Shown here one piece after another: positions 63,345 to 64,000 of a stretch of DNA of 64,000 bases. The notes under the pieces were generated by a model, which saw nothing but the letters and a program-made list of their open reading frames with translations, was not told the origin of the DNA and searched no databases. This DNA comes from Vicugna vicugna (Eukaryota). The translations under genes and the position numbers were made by a program. The stretch spans positions 992,001 through 1,056,000 of the forward strand of contig MU057487.1 of NCBI GenBank assembly GCA_013265495.1, read 5' to 3'. The number at the start of each line of letters is the position of its first letter. The first letter of the stretch is position 1.

Positions 63345-64000
63345 CATCTGGAAACAATGGCACTGGATAATAAGTAAACCAGTCTTATGTTGATGACATG
63401 CCAAAGTGTTTCATTTTTATGCAAAAGCAAATAACTGTGAAGTATCCCCAACATAAACACTGATTAAAAGAGATTAAATGTCTTGGGATGAAATGTCATC
63501 ATATTACACAGTGTCAGTTTGTGGTGTTCTCAAAATGTTAATGACCTCCAGCTTCAGCTGCTTCCATTACCAGCAATCTCAAGGGAGAGCAGCCTCAGCT
63601 GCGGGGCTCCCAGGAGGTGCCCAGAACCTCATCCCATCTCCTCGCCGTTAATAGATAAAATTTCACTGAAAATGACTCGGTAACATTTGGCCATAATTCA
63701 GAAGGGACCACATTTTTAAAAAAGACTTTTTCTTTTATCAGAAAGTACTTGGGTTTATCTTACCATTTTAATAATGTTCCAGACCCGATTCAGTCAGTCT
63801 TCAATACTCTTTGGAATAATAGTTTTCTATTCTCTAACAGTGACATTTCCCCAGCAACAGTAGCATCTGCAGAAAATTTGGGAAGTGAGAGTTCATCATT
63901 TTACAAACTAATTCTGGGAAAAAGCGTGGGTCAGGATGTATGTATGACTATTTCACCAGGACTGATCCCAGGATTCTTCATGAAGTGTTCCAGTGTATTC

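Noticed and set aside
62843..63460. Longest ORF (205 aa, minus strand)
   Set aside because: It runs through a polypyrimidine low-complexity tract that lacks stops; the composition is L/S/F/P-biased with no recognisable domain.
1..64000. CRISPR arrays, tRNA/rRNA/snRNA genes, processed pseudogenes, NUMTs or prokaryote-like inserts
   Set aside because: None recognisable by eye; a covariance-model (Infernal/Rfam) or BLASTX search could still reveal weak cases.

Overview
Mammalian genomic DNA that looks intergenic or deep-intronic. It is AT-rich and densely layered with transposon fossils: L2, MIR, L3/CR1, old L1ME/L1MC-type, L1MA9-like, MaLR/ERVL LTRs, a MER41-like ERV1 solo LTR, and Tigger/hAT DNA transposons. 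The youngest L1 3' ends are of the cetartiodactyl type (…AACAAGGTCCTACTGTATAGCACAGGG…). I saw no Alu, B1/B2, Bov-tA/Bov-A2, CHR, PRE-1, ERE or Can-SINE copies, which points to a camelid (inference). I recognise no protein-coding gene, RNA gene or CRISPR array; the ORF track is explained by repeat remnants and chance. I found no convincing new biological system. The items worth checking are: two clusters of good splice signals that could be unannotated exons (1-1.1 kb on +, 23.7-25.1 kb on -); local CpG-retention patches; several repeat-free, motif-rich candidate enhancers; a poly(A)-only retroinsertion with a perfect 14-bp TSD that is turning into a microsatellite; a structurally complete MER41-like LTR; and nested insertions. 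Repeat family names are recognised from memory of consensus sequences, and boundaries are approximate unless a TSD or TIR is quoted.
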